DNA of 64,000 nucleotides from Octopus vulgaris (GCA_951406725.2 OX597824.1:17050001-17114000), one strand, 5' to 3'; numbered from the stretch's first letter, positions 1 to 14,911 are shown. The notes: generated by a model not told the origin, from the sequence alone. Numbers and translations are program-made.

Positions 1-746
1 ATTTATGACAGTAAAAATGCCTACTCCCAGAGCGGCTCATTCGCATATCACTAAGGAACTCAGGATCTCCGAAGAAACGGGCAGGAAAGAGAGAGGACCT
101 AGCGCAGTTGAAAAACCTAAAACCAAACATAATGCCGTTTATCTATTTGCGAATACGCTTCGCTGGCTGTGGTTACAAATATGGGTACTTTTATGGCCTG
201 TAGTCAGACCCTACAAGTATAGATGAATTACTCTGACTACACGACCTAAAAGTATAGATGAATTACTAAGCAAAAAACTCCAAATTGTTTTCAATCCCTA
301 AACGAGTAAGCCAACTTATTTGCATTGCAGCTCTGAACACTCTAGCGGCAGCAAGCACCCGTTGCATCGGTTGAAAGGCGAACGATGTGCCATTGACTAT
401 TAATGAGATGAATTTGAAATTTTAAAGAAGTGCAGGAGAGCGCTGACAAAATCACTGCAGATACATTTTCAGAGCACCCTACCATGTTGCAAACTTCCCT
501 AGCAATTACAAGTAAGATTAATAAGCGTTACCCATAACAGAAATCCCTGAAAACAACCCAAAATTTATAGACTTTTTCCTCTGAATGCACATATTTACAA
601 AGGTAATCGTGAATGAGAACTACTGTCTTCCATGAAGTAGGTCCCTCACACAGCTATGGCAACAATACAACTAGGTATTGAAAGAAGCGCTGAAGCATTT
701 AAATGTACAGGTGACATATCTCTAATTTGCAAAGACTTTCGGTAAT

Positions 747-962
747 CTTTTTACTCTTTTAATTGTTTCAGTCATTTGATTGTGGCCATGCTGGATCACC
801 GCATTTAGTCGAACAAATCGACCCCAGGACTTATTCTTTGTAAGCCCAGTACTTATTCTATCGGTCTCTTTTGCCGAACCGCTAAGTGACGGGGACGTAA
901 ACACACCAGCATCGGTTGTCAGGCAATGCTAGAGGAACAAACACAGACACACAAACATATAC

Positions 963-995
<33 letters not shown>

Positions 996-1166
996 CATAT
1001 ATACGACAGGCTTCTTTCAGTTTCCATCTACCAAATCCACTCACAAGGCATTGGTCGGCCCGAAGCCATAGTAGAAGACACTTGCCCAAGATGCCACGCA
1101 GTGGGACTGAACCCGGAACCATGTGGTTGGTTAGCAAGCTACTTACCACACAGCCACTCCTGCGCC
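747..1166 (-). mobile_element. SINE family A (tRNA-like head, CORE-like domain, internal TA/TG microsatellite, AAAAGAGT tail), full length
   Basis: Reverse complement of the copies at 1403, 27500 and 62920. Contains the CORE-like GGCATCTTGGGCAAGTGTCTT and the tail GCATGGCCACAATCAAATGACTGAAAC. Confidence 0.9.
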
Positions 1167-1402
1167 AAATATCCCACAAACTTTGCAACATCGTCATAAT
1201 TAGAAAACAATGTTTTAAAAGTGTGAGTTATTTAGTTCCAGGCAAAAGTAATCTGTCTGAAGAATCAATAATCATAAGGGGAGTATCTTAACAAACACTA
1301 CTGGGAACATTAGAGTTTGTGGTGGTTCTGTCAGCTATACATTGAGACAATTCCACCGGCTACTCGATGATATAAATCTATCACAGTCTTTCAAGAAATG
1401 TT

Positions 1403-1810
1403 GTGGCTGTGTGGTAAGTAGATTGGATTGTTTACCAACCACATGGTTCCGGGTTCAGTCCCACTGCGTGGCATCTTGGGCAAGTGTCTTCTACTATAGC
1501 CTCAGGCCGACCAAAGCCTTGTGAGTGGATTTGGTAGACGGAAACTGAAAGAAGCCCGTCGTATATATGTATATATATATATGCGTGTGTGTGTTTGTGT
1601 GTCTGTTTGTCCCCCTAGCATTGCTTGACAACCGATGCTGGTGTGTTTATCTCCCCGTTACTTAGCGGTTCGGCAAAAGAGACCGATAGAATAAGTACTG
1701 GGCTTACATAAGAACAAGTCCCGTGGTCAAGTTGCCCGATTAAAGGCGGTGCTCCAGCATGGCCGCAGTCAAATGACTGAAACAAGTAAAAGAGTAAAAG
1801 AGTAAAAGAG
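1403..1810 (+). mobile_element. SINE family A, near full length
   Basis: Head GTGGCTGTGTGGTAAG...GGTTCAGTCCC, CORE-like box, internal (TA)/(TG) tract, 3' (AAAAGAGT)n. Confidence 0.9.
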
Positions 1811-2247
1811 CTGTAAAAAAAACTAAAAGTAATGTAGAAACTAACTGATGAATATAAAATATATATGCAAGTGTTGAAAAATTTCGGACACTCTATTTGG
1901 AAACAGAACATTGGAAACAGAATATTTACGGTATGAGGTGTATTGTAATTCCGGAATTACTTATATTTGTGGTTGAGAAGACAAAGTGAAAATCGAAATC
2001 AAGAAGAGGATTTTCTCTATATTAGAGCGACTGGCAGCCGAAGATGGGGAACACAGTAAAAACGATTATTTTATCCCATTTTCCCGTATTAAGACAAACG
2101 TACTATCTGTCTGTCTGTCTGTCTGATTGTCAGCCTGTGTTCTCCAGCTAACAGTATCTGAGTTAATCTACATCAGAATTTCAAAGTATTACATTACATA
2201 GATACCAGAGAGCATTGATTTGTCTGTGATAATATGTGCATAACACT

Positions 2248-2430
2248 ACATACATACATACATACATACATACATACATACATACATACATACATACATA
2301 CATACATACATACATACATACATACATACATACATAAATACATGCATACATACATACATGCATACATGCATACATACATACATACATACATGCATACATA
2401 CATACATACATACATACATACATACATACA

Positions 2431-2464
<34 letters not shown>

Positions 2465-2528
2465 CATGCATGCATACATACATACATACATACATACATA
2501 AATACATACATACATACATACATACATA
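2248..2528. repeat. (TACA)n tetranucleotide microsatellite
   Basis: About 280 bp of near-pure TACA units. Confidence 0.97.
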
Positions 2529-2719
2529 TGTAAACGCACACATACATATATGTATTAGTCTCTATGTCTGCTTGTGCCTTTAAACGTAATCTCTTCCGCT
2601 CACTTTCAGTCTCATTTCTCATACGCATGTACGAAACGTCTGCACACATGCCTGGACATCGACTTTATTCGCTTCTATATATTTCATCTAGCATTCTCTG
2701 AAGATCAAAACACACGCAT

Positions 2720-2732
2720 TCATACGCACACA

Positions 2733-2821
<89 letters not shown>

Positions 2822-2893
2822 GTGTGTGTATGTGCATATGCGTAGCTGAATGGTTACATACATATACATACATAGATATATATATACATGTAT

Positions 2894-2948
<55 letters not shown>

Positions 2949-3035
2949 TTGGTTGACTTATGTAAAATTGAATATATATATATATGTATATATATAAATG
3001 TGCATATGTGTATATATGTGCTGTGTGTGAGTGAG

Positions 3036-3070
<35 letters not shown>

Positions 3071-3992
3071 ATATATATGTTATGCGTATGTGAGTGTGAG
3101 TGCGTGCATGTATATATATATATATATATGTAGCTGGATTCTCATTTCGGAACGTTATTTAAAAGTGAGACAAATGCATGTATATCTTCAAAAAAATATA
3201 CACGAGAGGCAATTTGTAAGCAGGTGTAGGTTCGTTCACATTTCTATGGAAGAAAAAAGTATATACTAAGATGCAAATATATCTGTATGTGTAATATTAA
3301 AGAATGTGCGTGTGTTAGTGTGTATGTATGTGTATTTGTGTTCGTAAATGCACACTCGTATCCGTTAATTTGGACATGTGTGAGTTAGAATATTGACGAA
3401 CACGTATATGGATGGCTATATGTGTGAGAGTATATGTCAGTGTACATTGGTGTATGTATGTCCGCGAAAATAGAGATACGAGTATGTGCGTAAATATGTA
3501 TATATATATCTATATTCACATACACAGGCATACATACACACACATACATAAATATATATAAGTATATATGTATGTATGTATGTCTATATATATGTATATA
3601 TGTGTGTTTGTATGTATGGATATACGTGCGTGTGGAAGTACGTATGTGTATGTGTATGCATATCTGTGTTTAGAAAGAGAAAGTGAAAGTAGAGAAAAAA
3701 GTTTTTTAGTTAGGCAGTGAGGCATAATATTGTAGATCATTCTTCTGGTGTTTTATTGGATTTTCAATCCAACTAACTGCTCCTCAGGCAACTAAGTTTC
3801 ATCTACGAGCCCTTCCTAGCTATCACATGCACATGCGTTATTTTGCCACATATAAAAACATACCACCTTGTCCCCCACCTTCTCTCTCATTCACTCTCTC
3901 TTTCTCTCTCTCACACCTTGATGTTAGACACACGCGTACTCACAAATTCACATACGCAGTCACACACGTATATATACCTGCGCATATATACC

Positions 3993-4054
<62 letters not shown>

Positions 4055-4124
4055 TGTATATATATGCATATATATATATGTGTATATATATACATATATA
4101 TATATATGTATGTATCTATCTATC

Positions 4125-4155
<31 letters not shown>

Positions 4156-4200
4156 ATATATATATATATATATACATATGTGTGTATATATATATATATA
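2720..4200. repeat. Compound (CA)n/(TA)n/(TG)n dinucleotide field
   Basis: Several long dinucleotide arrays seen directly. Confidence 0.9.
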
Positions 4201-4589
4201 GGGAATACGCATTCAAAGTGCATTCTATTTGCCTCTCATTTTGCCTATCACTCATTGGTTGTCATTCTCTCTCTATACGTATACATGCATTCACACATAC
4301 ATACACATAGACGAACACGCACACACAATTATGCGCATGCGTGTGTGCCTATGGTGCTGACGGTAGCGGCAGTGACGGTAGTGGCGGTGTTGGTGATGTC
4401 GGTGATGGTGGTGGTGGTGGTGGTTTTGGTGGTGGTGGTGGTGGTGGGCGATATTGTGGAAGTGGCGTTGCGTAAAAATCACCTAAAGCGATAATTACCA
4501 GACCAATTTCTAAGAATGCCACAGCAACTTAATCAGGCAGCAATACAAAGACGGATATGAAGAGAATCCAATGTTAACCAAGACGCTAT

Positions 4590-4915
<326 letters not shown>

Positions 4916-5592
4916 AAAATACCGTAAGTAACACCAAAAAATATCTGGCTAAATAGCTGCCTCCCCAAAAAACAATTGCAATGCTACAAAGCACAAGAAT
5001 TAAAAGAATGGTAAAAATAGAATTTGATATGAACGGCAGAAATATACGGTATTAAAGAAGAGAAATAATCCTTCGGTAAATACCGTGCGCGTATACCGAC
5101 ACATGTAAGGATACGCGAGGAGACATGCGCACATGTGCAGATGTGTAAAGCTGACATACACAAGTGAACGTGCATTTCATACAGACGTTCTGAACCACTC
5201 ACATATAGAAATACAAATGCATATGTATGGAAGGAAGTATGCATTCACGTTTGTTCGTTCGACTATATAAATATATATGTGTATGTGTATATATATATAC
5301 ATATATATGTATATAATATGTATGTGTATATATGTATGTATATCTATATACACATATGTATATACATATGTATATACATATATATATATATATATAATTA
5401 TATATATAATATGTATACGTATATATATATATATGTATGTTCATATGTACATATATATATATGTACATATTTATTTATGTATTTATGTATACATTTATAT
5501 ATATATGTATACATAATATATGTATGCATTTATGTATGTACATCTTCGTACATATATGTCTAAATATATATATGTATATATATATATATATA

Positions 5593-5691
<99 letters not shown>

Positions 5692-5913
5692 ATGTATGAG
5701 TGTATATATACATGTGTATTTTTGTATGTTTATATGCGTAGATATATATATATATATATGTGTATATCTGTGTAACGTGTGTGCCACTTTTGTGGAAGAC
5801 AAACTAGTGTTGATATATACAAATGAAGGAATGAATGAAGGTAAGAATGAACGAGTAATGATTTCGAATTTGATGGTGATGACGACGACGATGATGAATA
5901 TGGTGATGATAGC

Positions 5914-5947
<34 letters not shown>

Positions 5948-6509
5948 GCAGCCATAAGAACCACAGTAATACCGATGACACTAAAATAATGATAATACTA
6001 ATAAGAATGACAACAACAAAAATGGTAATAAAAATAATCCCAACAACAACAACCATTATCTTATGATGACGATGCTGATGATGATGATGGTTGTGATGGT
6101 GGTGGTGGTGGTTTCGATGATGATGATTTTGAGGTATTTTTTTTATTTGCTACGGGTGGTGGGTGTTGGCGGAGGATGCGGTAGTACAATAATAAATAAC
6201 GTTAATGATATCTGTAACAAAAGCCACGTCGTTATGAAGAAGAGAAGCATCATTACGACACGAGGATTTAGATGAAGAAGAACAAATAGGTGGTGGAGGA
6301 GGAGGAGGAGGAAAGAAAAAGATGGAGAAGTAAAAATGAGGGGAGGAATAAGGAGCAGGGGGAAAAAGAACAAGGTGAGGTGATAAAAAAAAGCCAAAAA
6401 AGCAAAAAAGTAGATAGAAGCGTAGAAAGGGAGAGGCAAGGAAAAAAGAGGTATTTCGGTTGCTTAAGTACGGGCAGGGGTTAAAGTCACAATGACGATG
6501 GTATGCAGT

Positions 6510-6953
6510 TGTTGTTATTATTAATGTTGATATTATTAGTTTTATCATCATCATCATTATCATTATTATTATTATTATCATCATCATCATAATCATCATC
6601 ATTATTGCTATTATTATCATGATTATTATTATTATTATTATTGTTGTTATTAATATTATTATTAATATCATAATTAACATTATTATTATTATCATTATTA
6701 TCATTATTATTAATATTATTATTATCATTATCATTATTATTATCATTATTATCATTATTATTAATATTATTATTATTATTATTATTATCTTCACTATTAT
6801 TATTATATTACTATTATCAATATCATTATTGGTATTAGTTTATAACTATTATCGTTATTATTATTATTAATAATATTATTTTCATTATCATTGTCATTCT
6901 TCCTCTTCTTGTTCTTCTTGTTCTTGTTCTTGTTCTTCTTTTTCTTCTTCCTT

Positions 6954-6984
<31 letters not shown>

Positions 6985-6996
6985 TTATTATTATTA

Positions 6997-7027
<31 letters not shown>

Positions 7028-7045
7028 CAACATCATTGTCATCAT
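6510..7045. repeat. (ATT/ATC)n and (TTC)n array
   Basis: Seen directly. Confidence 0.95.
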
Positions 7046-7299
7046 AAATGTTGTTGAACTGCTTTCGTTTTAATTATTCTTCTCTCCAAAATATCGTTGA
7101 TGACTTCATTGCTGTCGCTCTTTAAGTTATCAACGGTTCTGTTAATGTCTCTTTTTGGCATTAAACTCGGCGAGGGATTTAACAGGTAATCACAGCGACT
7201 GTCCAAAATGTTCATGTTTTTTTCTCCTGCAATCCTTGTCCAGCCGTAAGCGTTAATTGTGAGCCAGGCATTAATGAACCTCGTTCTGGATCGTAATAA

Positions 7300-7470
7300 T
7301 GATTCTGGTGCCCGGATGTCAGTAAGGGAAATAGTGAGAATGGAGATTTAATAAGGACATTGGAGAGAGTAGGGGAGATTTATTATGAAGTGAAAAACGT
7401 GATAGTGTTGACAGAGTGTTACTGAGATGGTTGAAGAGAAGACGAGTATGGGGAGATCTTTAGAAGGAAT
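7300..7470 (+). mobile_element. Possible old RTE-clade LINE fragment
   Basis: Peptide VDRVLLRWL resembles the RTE C-terminal LRWFGHV region. Very degraded. Confidence 0.3.
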
Positions 7471-7508
7471 TCAATAGCAGAAAATGAAACTTCACGTTGA
7501 AATATATT

Positions 7509-7630
7509 CTTTAACTCTTTTTTTTTCTTTCTTTCAGTCATTTCACTGTGGCCACGCTAGAGCACCTACCTGAAAAGGTTTTGGTTGATCAAATCCGGCC
7601 CAGGTCTTATTTTTCTACACCAAGTACTAT
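7509..7630 (-). mobile_element. SINE family A 3' fragment
   Basis: TTTCAGTCATTTCACTGTGGCCACGCTAGAGCACC matches the family A tail in reverse. Confidence 0.7.
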
Positions 7631-7731
7631 TATAGCAACCGAATAACTGTCATATATATTAGAAATAAATTCCTTTATTTACATAAAATCGAGATCTCTT
7701 ACATTTTTTTGTTGTCTTACCATTATTATTA

Positions 7732-7759
<28 letters not shown>

Positions 7760-7765
<6 letters not shown>

Positions 7766-8285
7766 AATTAAATTAGAGATAAAACTACTATTAGGCAAAT
7801 CAAACAGTGAAAAACATAAACCAAAACATAAAAATATATATAATTAATATTTTATACAAAATATATAAAATATAAAATTCAAAATTTAAATTATCTAAAA
7901 TTAACATTTTTAATTTGTATTTATAGATTTTTATTTTTTATATATTTTATTTTTATTTTAATTTTTAAAATAAATTTAAAATTTTTAAATTATTAAACTT
8001 TTAATTTTTTAAAAAATAACTATCAAAAAGTATTAAAAAGTTTAATATAATATAATAAGTTAAACCACTACGTATGTTTCATGGCCATAACCCAATTCGA
8101 ATTACAATAATTTGAATACAATTAAAATTCGAATTATAATTATAGTCAATCTTCAGGTTAATGATAATAGTTAAATAAATAAACAAATATATTTAAACAA
8201 TATTTTTAAATAAATAAATAGAATAATAATTTTTCTTATAAAAAAAACTAAAATCAAATTAGAAACTTTAAATATTAGGATTATA
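7760..8285 (-). mobile_element. Very AT-rich (TA)n-flanked Penelope-like fragment with a hammerhead-like motif
   Basis: Minus strand reads CTGAAGA (8156-8150), a long stem, then GAAAC-ATAC-GTA (8080-8069). Flanked by TA repeats. Confidence 0.5.
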
Positions 8286-8296
8286 TACACACACAC

Positions 8297-8329
<33 letters not shown>

Positions 8330-8869
8330 GGTATGTATATAAAAGACATCTGTCTATGTATACAAATAATTATGTCATTTCTTATATACCAAATAGTTTT
8401 GTTCGAGCCTTTACTTGTTTATTTTATTTATCTTTCGTTTCTCCTCGTCATTTGTCCATTTTCCCGATCCTTAAAGAGGCCGTGTCATTCTTGTCTCATT
8501 CTCTTCTTCTTTCTTGCCTATTTATAACACAGCAGCGTTTTGTTTTCTCTTACTGCCACCAAGTTGAAAAATATTATTCGTAATGCCACGAAATTGTAAT
8601 GATCTTGGGTCGATACCTGATGAGGGGTAAGCGTGCTAATTTTTTTAATGCGTGTTTTTTATGTTATATGTTGTCCTTCTTCAGCACATTTTATGCAGAT
8701 TTGTGTAAAATAAGAAACTGAGAAACTGCGACATATAAGCACTCGTGAGTATATGAAAAGAGAAGAGAATGATATAGGGATCGGGGAAGCAGGTAAAAAC
8801 ATGCGCGGAGGAGATTATGTTGAAATAAATATATTGACTTAAGTAGACCAAAGACACGCATTTAAAAAC

Positions 8870-9385
8870 TTGACGATCTCTGTATATGCAATGCTTCTCC
8901 ATCAACGAGGATCTCTTCTGGCGAACACACATCCTCTCGTACCATATTGTTTTCCATACCTCCGTCACTCCATTTATTATTATGTCCACAACTCTCACCT
9001 CTTAAGTTCGCCTCTCAGGTATTCACTCAGGATTTCAGGCACTCCTACATCCCCAGAACTATTTATTATTCAATTTGTTCCACACCCGTTTTCTTATTAT
9101 TTCCAAAACGCCCACCCTCTAATATCGACTTTCAGGTATTCACTTAGGCTTTCAGGCACACGGAATTCTATATTCTGTACAGTCTGCAGCAAGCGCATTG
9201 ACTACTGCTGACATACCCTCGTCCTCTTACTGCCGATCTTTAGTATCTAATCCAAGCAAAAGTTTTTTTCCTGAAGCTGTCGAATTGAAGATATCTATAA
9301 AAGAATAGGTTTGATAGTGTCAGCATCTTTGGTCCCAAGCGACCCATAGAGAACATCTGACATACCTTTCCACCGGATCAAAACA
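8870..9385 (-). mobile_element. Decayed RTE-like LINE 3' region with an internal ~117-bp diverged duplication
   Basis: Minus-strand peptides FDPVER and ARRDPR*WRSIAY (cf. RTE terminal DRxxWRSIV). TCAGGTATTCAC-CAGG--TTCAGGCAC occurs at about 9015 and 9132. Confidence 0.4.
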
Positions 9386-9743
9386 ATAAACGAAATAATA
9401 GCAAAATATGAAGTGATATTTTAGGTACAACAAATTTAATGGACTAGATAAAGGAGAAATGACGAGAAAAAATTGGAGTTAAGTGAATAGGTTGTTTGAT
9501 TTTTCAGTTTTCGTCATAAGTGTGTGCGTGCATGTGTGCAAATGTATGTGCACGAGTGTTTTCTTGTATGTTTGTACTTCCATTTGAGTTTCTAGACATT
9601 GAACGAAGAACGGGTAAGGAGTCATACAGAGGATGGGCAAAATGTTAATGAAAGATAAAAAATGAACGGAACAAGTGGCTCAGAGTTATGAAGAAACAAA
9701 GAAAGAATCAACAATCACTGTATAAGTTAGCATATTCATAAAA

Positions 9744-10038
9744 GGCGCAATGGCCCAGTGGTTAGGACAGCGGACTCGCAGTCGTAGGATCACGGTTTCG
9801 ATTCCTAGACCGCGCGTTGTGAGTGTTTATTGAGCAAAACACCTAAAACTCCACGACGCTCCGGTAGGGGGCGGTGGCAATCCCTGTTGTACTCTTTCGC
9901 CACAACTTTCTCTCACTCTTTCTTCTGTTGGCCTGCTCGCTTAGCCAGCGGGGTAGCGTCATTTGAAGGCTAAAACAATGCGAAGTGCATTGTGACCAGC
10001 GATGTGTAGCAACATCTGATAGCCTGGTCGGCCACGGT

Positions 10039-10040
<2 letters not shown>
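9744..10040 (+). mobile_element. SINE family B, tail type 2
   Basis: Head GGCGCAATGGCCCAGTGGTTAGG (A box) ... GGTTTCGATTCC (B box), shared body, then GGCCTGCTCGCTTAGCCAGCGGGG...CTGGTCGG. Confidence 0.88.
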
Positions 10041-10079
<39 letters not shown>

Positions 10080-10499
10080 GTGTGCGTATACATGTGTGTA
10101 TTTTTGTATATATAGGTATATATATATGTGTATATATGTAAGTATAAACGTACATTGGTATAAATATTTAGGTCTATATATGTCATTTGTGCATACAAGC
10201 TAAAATGTGAATGTAAGGATGTAATATATAAGTGTACAAATATGTAGCAGTGTTTAAAAAACGTAGAAATTATAAAATGGTTGAATTAGACTGACAGAGA
10301 TTAAGGGAGTCGGAGAAGAAAGAAATGACAATGGGAGAATGTTAATGATGTTTGTGTGTCTTCGAATTCAAGACTTCCTATTCTGAGAGTTTCAATCCAC
10401 AAAGATAAAATACCTTAGCAGCGTTTAAATCAGTATGTGTGTGTGTGTATGTGTGTGTATATGTGTGTATATGTGTGTGTGCATATGTATGTGTATATA

Positions 10500-10645
10500 T
10501 AGACAAAAGGCGTATAGAGTTGTATGAATAAGAAGATGCATTAATTTGACGCTCGAGAAAGTGAAAAAGTCTTTTACGTTTCGAGCCTACGCTCTTTAAC
10601 AGAAAGGAACGAGAGAAAATGAACAGAGAATAAAAAAACTTGTAC
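10500..10645 (-). mobile_element. Penelope-like pLTR fragment with a degenerate minimal hammerhead
   Basis: Reverse complement of the element at 56740-56930. Minus strand reads CTTT CTGTTAA A GAGC GTAG GCTC GAAAC GTA AAAG. Confidence 0.65.
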
Positions 10646-10699
10646 ATATATGTGTGTGTTGTGTGCGTGTGTGTATGTATGTATATATATACTATAAAT

Positions 10700-11100
10700 G
10701 CCCTTGTTTACTAGATCTCTGTCAATCACGCCATACAGGAGTAGACAGTTAAAGCTAGCCAGCTGTCAACAGCAAGAATGCTAGAAAGACAAGCATTCAG
10801 ATGGACAGATAGTGAAATATCGGAAATGATGTTAGAAAGAATGTGAGTAAGGAGATAGGATGAGAGAGGGGATTGGTGAAGAAAAATATAGTCTGGTTAT
10901 TGAGAATGATGATGGCTCATGTGATGAAATAATATAAATTAGTATAAAAAAAAAACTATAAAAACTGGTAGATTATATGGTTAAATATGCAGAGTGGATT
11001 GATGGTATGAGCGGTACAGAGAATGGACTTGTTGTCATTCAACGAGCGAGACCAGCAACTCGGTGAGTAGACAGTGAAATATAGGGACTGATGGAAGTCT
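10700..11100 (+). mobile_element. Possible old RTE-like LINE 3' fragment
   Basis: Peptides MMLERM*VRR*D and EWIDGM resemble RTE LRRMCGVRRxD and RWIDGV. Confidence 0.35.
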
Positions 11101-11704
11101 GAGAGAGGAAACGACGTGAGTATGAAAGATAGAACTTGTTAACCAAGAGAAAAATTTTAGAAAACTTACTGGGAAATGTAATGGATGGAGAGAGTATGAA
11201 CGGACATTTAAGTATATAAAAAGAATTGAAAGAAGGAGAATGTAAATGAAAGAGAGAGAAAGAGAGAGAGAGAGAGATTTATATTTGATGTTCAAGTACG
11301 TATGGTGAATAAAGCGTTAGGAAATAATGAGAATATGAACAAAAATATTTTAAGAAGAAAAACAGACAGATATAGAGAAGAAAAGCAGTAATACGATTGA
11401 AACAGAAAAAAATAATAGAAGAATAGTCGAGGGAGGATATGAAAAGATAACTTTAAAAAAATTATACAACAAAAGAACGAAAGTGAAAGAGATATAAGTT
11501 ACAGAGCTCGACTTCGAATTGTCGACATAAAGCAAATGCAATCAGAAGATATGAATACGAAGTGAGGACGAGACGAAAACTTGCAAAGTGCCTGAAAGAG
11601 ATACGAGATGGAACAGTTAAAAGGTGAATCAGATTAACTATGGATGAAGATGAGAACAACACCGTCACTTTTGATGGGTACTACGATAGTGTACATATAC
11701 ATAC

Positions 11705-11753
<49 letters not shown>

Positions 11754-11965
11754 AATATACATATACATATGCATATATATGTATATATATATATATATAT
11801 GCACACACGCGCGCAGACACACACGCACACACACACACACGCACACATATGTATGTAATATACATATACATTATATGCATAGTTACATGCGTATATATGT
11901 GTGCGTATATGGTACATAGTATAGATACATGAGTTATCCGCCATATATATCTGTGTGTGCACAAA

Positions 11966-12010
<45 letters not shown>

Positions 12011-12112
12011 AACGAAAGTGAAAGTGAGAAAGGGATTAAATTATTGCTGAAAATAAATGAAAAAAACCCCAAAAAGAATGTTAAAAAAACGTTCCCAAAT
12101 GAAATGAAAGCC

Positions 12113-12134
12113 AATAATAATAATAATAATAATG

Positions 12135-12197
<63 letters not shown>

Positions 12198-12331
12198 GTA
12201 ATAATAATAATGATGATAATAATAAGACATTAACGTACGGATGGCCAAAGGTGAAACATGTTGTTTGTATCATTGTTATTGGTAATGCCGTTACTGTTGA
12301 ATCTGTAGCACTTACTCTCTTGTTCTTTTCG

Positions 12332-12404
<73 letters not shown>

Positions 12405-12451
12405 TACTACTACTACTACTACTACTATTGTCATCATTATCATCATCATCA

Positions 12452-12536
<85 letters not shown>
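12113..12536. repeat. (AAT)n, (CTA)n and (TTA)n arrays
   Basis: Seen directly. Confidence 0.95.
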
Positions 12537-13499
12537 CAGTGTCCTAACGTTATTTTACACATTCTGCTTCATGTTATTGTCAGTTCTGCCCTTTTTTTCA
12601 GCATATTTTTTCTTTATTTTTTTTCTTATTCTGTTTCTTAGTAATCATTTATCGTTTTTTTTGTTGTTGTTTTTTGCTATTTTCTTAACTGTCGTTCCCC
12701 ACCCCACTACCTACATGTTTTTTTTAACCTTATTTCTTCTCCTCCCACTATTACTCTTCTCGACTTTCTCATCTTTTGTTCTTATTCATGTTTGTCATTT
12801 TTCCCCCTCTCTCCCTCCCTGTTGTTGTTTCATTGTTTGTTGCTCTTGTTTTAGCCTCTTTTTTTTTCTTCTTGCAAATGTTTGTCTTTCATTTCTATGA
12901 ATTTTCCCTACATTTCTGACACTATTTACATCTTCCTTCGTCCTCATTCTCCACTTATTTTTTGTCTATTTTTCCCTTTACGGGGTCTATCTATTCCACT
13001 CAAGACAACTCGCCCTTTAGTTATTTTCAACACTAATTCTATCCTTCCTTCTTTCTCTATTTCTCTCCTTCCACCTGCTCATTTCACCCATTTTCTTACT
13101 CCCTCTTTAACTCTATATCACTATCTACACCTCCCTCTCTAATTTCATCCAACACTTTATTCTATGAACGCTTGCTCTCTAGTCCCTCTCTTTTTCCACT
13201 TAGTTTTTAATCCCTCGGTCTCGTTTGCTCTCTTAATCGCTTCGTCCAAAAACACTTTCTCTTTTTTTCGTTCCCTCTTTCGTTATCTCCCTCTCTCGCT
13301 CAATCTTATTTGCGCTCTATAACAAACAGGATCACATACCTTCATGATATGCTTGCATGCACAACCATTCACAAATACATATGTACACATATAGGTACTT
13401 ATTCCAATGCTTATTTACATCTATTTCTGTGTTACCATACACAGTCCCTTACAGTTCATGGCTTCATTATACACGCACAGAAACACCTATGTGTGTGAG

Positions 13500-14430
<931 letters not shown>

Positions 14431-14911
14431 GCAGGAGAGAGAAACGGGAGAAATGATATCTTGAATCCTGACCAAATCTGACCCGACCATTTACCTCCAG
14501 CCTACAAACAACACCAACAAAAAACAGCAAATCAACAAATGCATTAATAGAAAAATCTCCCCTGATTGTTCGATGGACAACAAATAACTCGTTTTGTTTT
14601 GTTTACACTTTTTTGTTTCTTTGTTTGTTTGTTTGTTTGGTTCATTTATTCATTCCTATGTATTTTTTTTTTTTTTTCTGTTTGCGACGCTGGCCTCCTA
14701 ATTTGAATTTTTCATTCCTATTGTTGTTTAGCCCCGGGTCAATCATGATAGAGAGCATCCACATTCATAAGCTGTTGTAGTTATGATCATCCTGTATATT
14801 CGTATATCGAGGACCAGTTTATATTATTATTATTTTTTGTTGTTGTTATTCTTAGCGTTGTTGTTGTTGCTCTTGTCGTTTCTGCTGTGTCTTTTTTTTA
14901 TGATGTTATTA

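Larger units (their letters stand above)
1..2090 (+). mobile_element. Heavily decayed Gypsy-type LTR retrotransposon pol remnant, interrupted by two SINEs
   Basis: Colinear degenerate peptides: TIQLGIERS (cf. MLELGIIRPS), GDISLICKDFR (cf. GDWRPCGDYR), NIPQTLQH (cf. NAAQTFQR) and IYASVEKFRTLYLE (cf. RNase H IYLAVKHFRHFLE). Many stops and frameshifts. Confidence 0.5.

Noticed and set aside
215-267. 18-bp direct repeat AAGTATAGATGAATTACT
   Set aside because: A single ~35-bp local tandem duplication inside a decayed element; no array.
926-1291. Recurring [14 protein letters not shown] and MFIERKHLKLHEAP peptides at several loci
   Set aside because: Incidental ORFs within SINE A and SINE B, not a gene family.
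5250-5262. TTTGTTCGTTCG resembling the miR-375 5' end
   Set aside because: The match stops after 12 nt and no hairpin forms.
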